Shown here one piece after another: positions 62,699 through 64,000 of a stretch of 64,000 nt of DNA (the stretch's first letter is position 1; the number at the start of each line of letters is the position of its first letter). Made by a program: the position numbers and the translations under genes. Under the pieces are notes generated by a model that did no database searches, was not told where the DNA came from, and worked only from the letters and a program-made list of their open reading frames with translations. The stretch comes from Octopus sinensis. Its lineage: Eukaryota. Location of the stretch: contig NC_042997.1 of assembly GCF_006345805.1 (NCBI RefSeq), positions 185,504,001 through 185,568,000 of the forward strand. Reading direction: 5' to 3'.

Positions 62699-64000
62699 GG
62701 GATCTTTTCATTTCCAAGGCCTGTTTTTTCAGATTTTTCCTACTTAACCAAACAATTTGAAACTTCGTATACTGGTAGAATGTGTCAAAAGAAAACATAA
62801 TTGTAAACCAGAATGAAAACGGAATTGTAATTTCAAAGTTTAACGTTGTTTAATAATTAGAATTTTAACCAATGGTATTCGGTCTTTCGGCTTCATATTA
62901 TTTACTCCGTCTCAATAGACGTAAACGGCTATTTTGCTGACGTATTTAACATACGTGAAATGTAAACACCCGGTTACCGTATTCCTTCAGTTTCTATTCA
63001 CATTTTTTAAATATATTATTAACTAACTTATATATTAAATTTATATATTATATAACTAACTTAGTTTTTGTAAATTTTCGTATATTTTTTGTGATTTTTA
63101 TTCCTTACTTTATTCGTGTAACTTTTATTTCTGTAACTTTTTATCTTTGGCAATCTTTCGTATGTGTGTGTATGTATGTGTGTGTATATGTATGTATGGC
63201 CGATTCAGTGTTTACATTATTTCGAGTTAAAACGAAAGATTACTTTTGCTATGTAGAAAATAATGAGGTTGACTCAATGGAATAATGACAGTGATCGAAG
63301 ATATAGACAAAAATTATTTTGGTAATCTTTCGTTTTAACTCGAAATAATGTAAACACTGAATCGGCCATACATACATACACACACACACATACACACACA
63401 CATACATACACACACATACAGATACACACACACATACATACATATACACACACACACATGCATACATACATATACACATACACCGAGTAAAAATTTCAGT
63501 TATCTCTCTCTTTCACACATTACTCTCTCTGTCTCTTCACACACACTAACAGAAGTACTTCACTTACACAACATAATTTCTGTCTCCCACACCCTATCAA
63601 AAACACACACACGCACACAAAACACAGACCTACGCACAGCTGTCTACGTCACAAAATAGCTTTCTACGTCACACTAAGATAATGCAGTTAATTATTTCAA
63701 ATGAAAACAAACAATACGATTGGTTAAAATTTGCAGATTTAATCTACCCTTAAAGTTATAAAATACATTTTTCTCAAATAAACAAGTTGAAATTAGTGTT
63801 TTCTTTAGAGACACTCTACCAGTATACGAAGTTTCAAATTATGTGGATCTTTTCAATATCGTGGCCAGGACCCCAGATCTTTCTAGTTAACTAAATAATT
63901 TGAAACTTCGTGTACTCATAGAGTGGAACTAGTTTATTCGCCAGTTGGAACTAGTTTATTTGAGAAAAATCTATTTTATGACTTTAATCGTAGATTAAAA
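62699..64000. repeat. Complex repeat with subterminal inverted motifs, an internal microsatellite and a partial second tandem unit
   Basis: aatttgaaacttcgtatactggtaga at 62754 (+), 63810-63840 (-), 63897 (+); ggatcttttca unit starts at about 62699 and 63845. Confidence 0.55.

Overview
Eukaryotic, AT-rich, extremely microsatellite-dense DNA with a 100-N assembly gap at 53141-53240. The SINE repertoire and repeat style point to an octopus (coleoid cephalopod) genome; this is inferred from recall, not a search. I cannot support any host protein-coding exon, and almost all long ORFs in the track are microsatellite artefacts. The window is a transposon landscape. It holds three tRNA-derived SINE families (called A, B, C here; some with clear TSDs, some multimeric or nested) and decayed HERO-clade, RTE and Crack/L2-like LINE pieces. 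It also holds Penelope-like elements (PLE), Tc1/mariner relics, two non-autonomous Helitrons and several MITEs. The most interesting signal is a set of short, (TA)n-embedded, often fold-back elements from several unrelated sequence families. They carry minimal type I hammerhead-ribozyme (HHR) folds with short, near-palindromic helix III, as known for PLE termini and retrozymes. One copy (61954-62006, minus strand) keeps a fully canonical core. One element joins a tRNA-type Pol III head to an HHR-bearing PLE-like tail. All folds were derived by eye and are untested.
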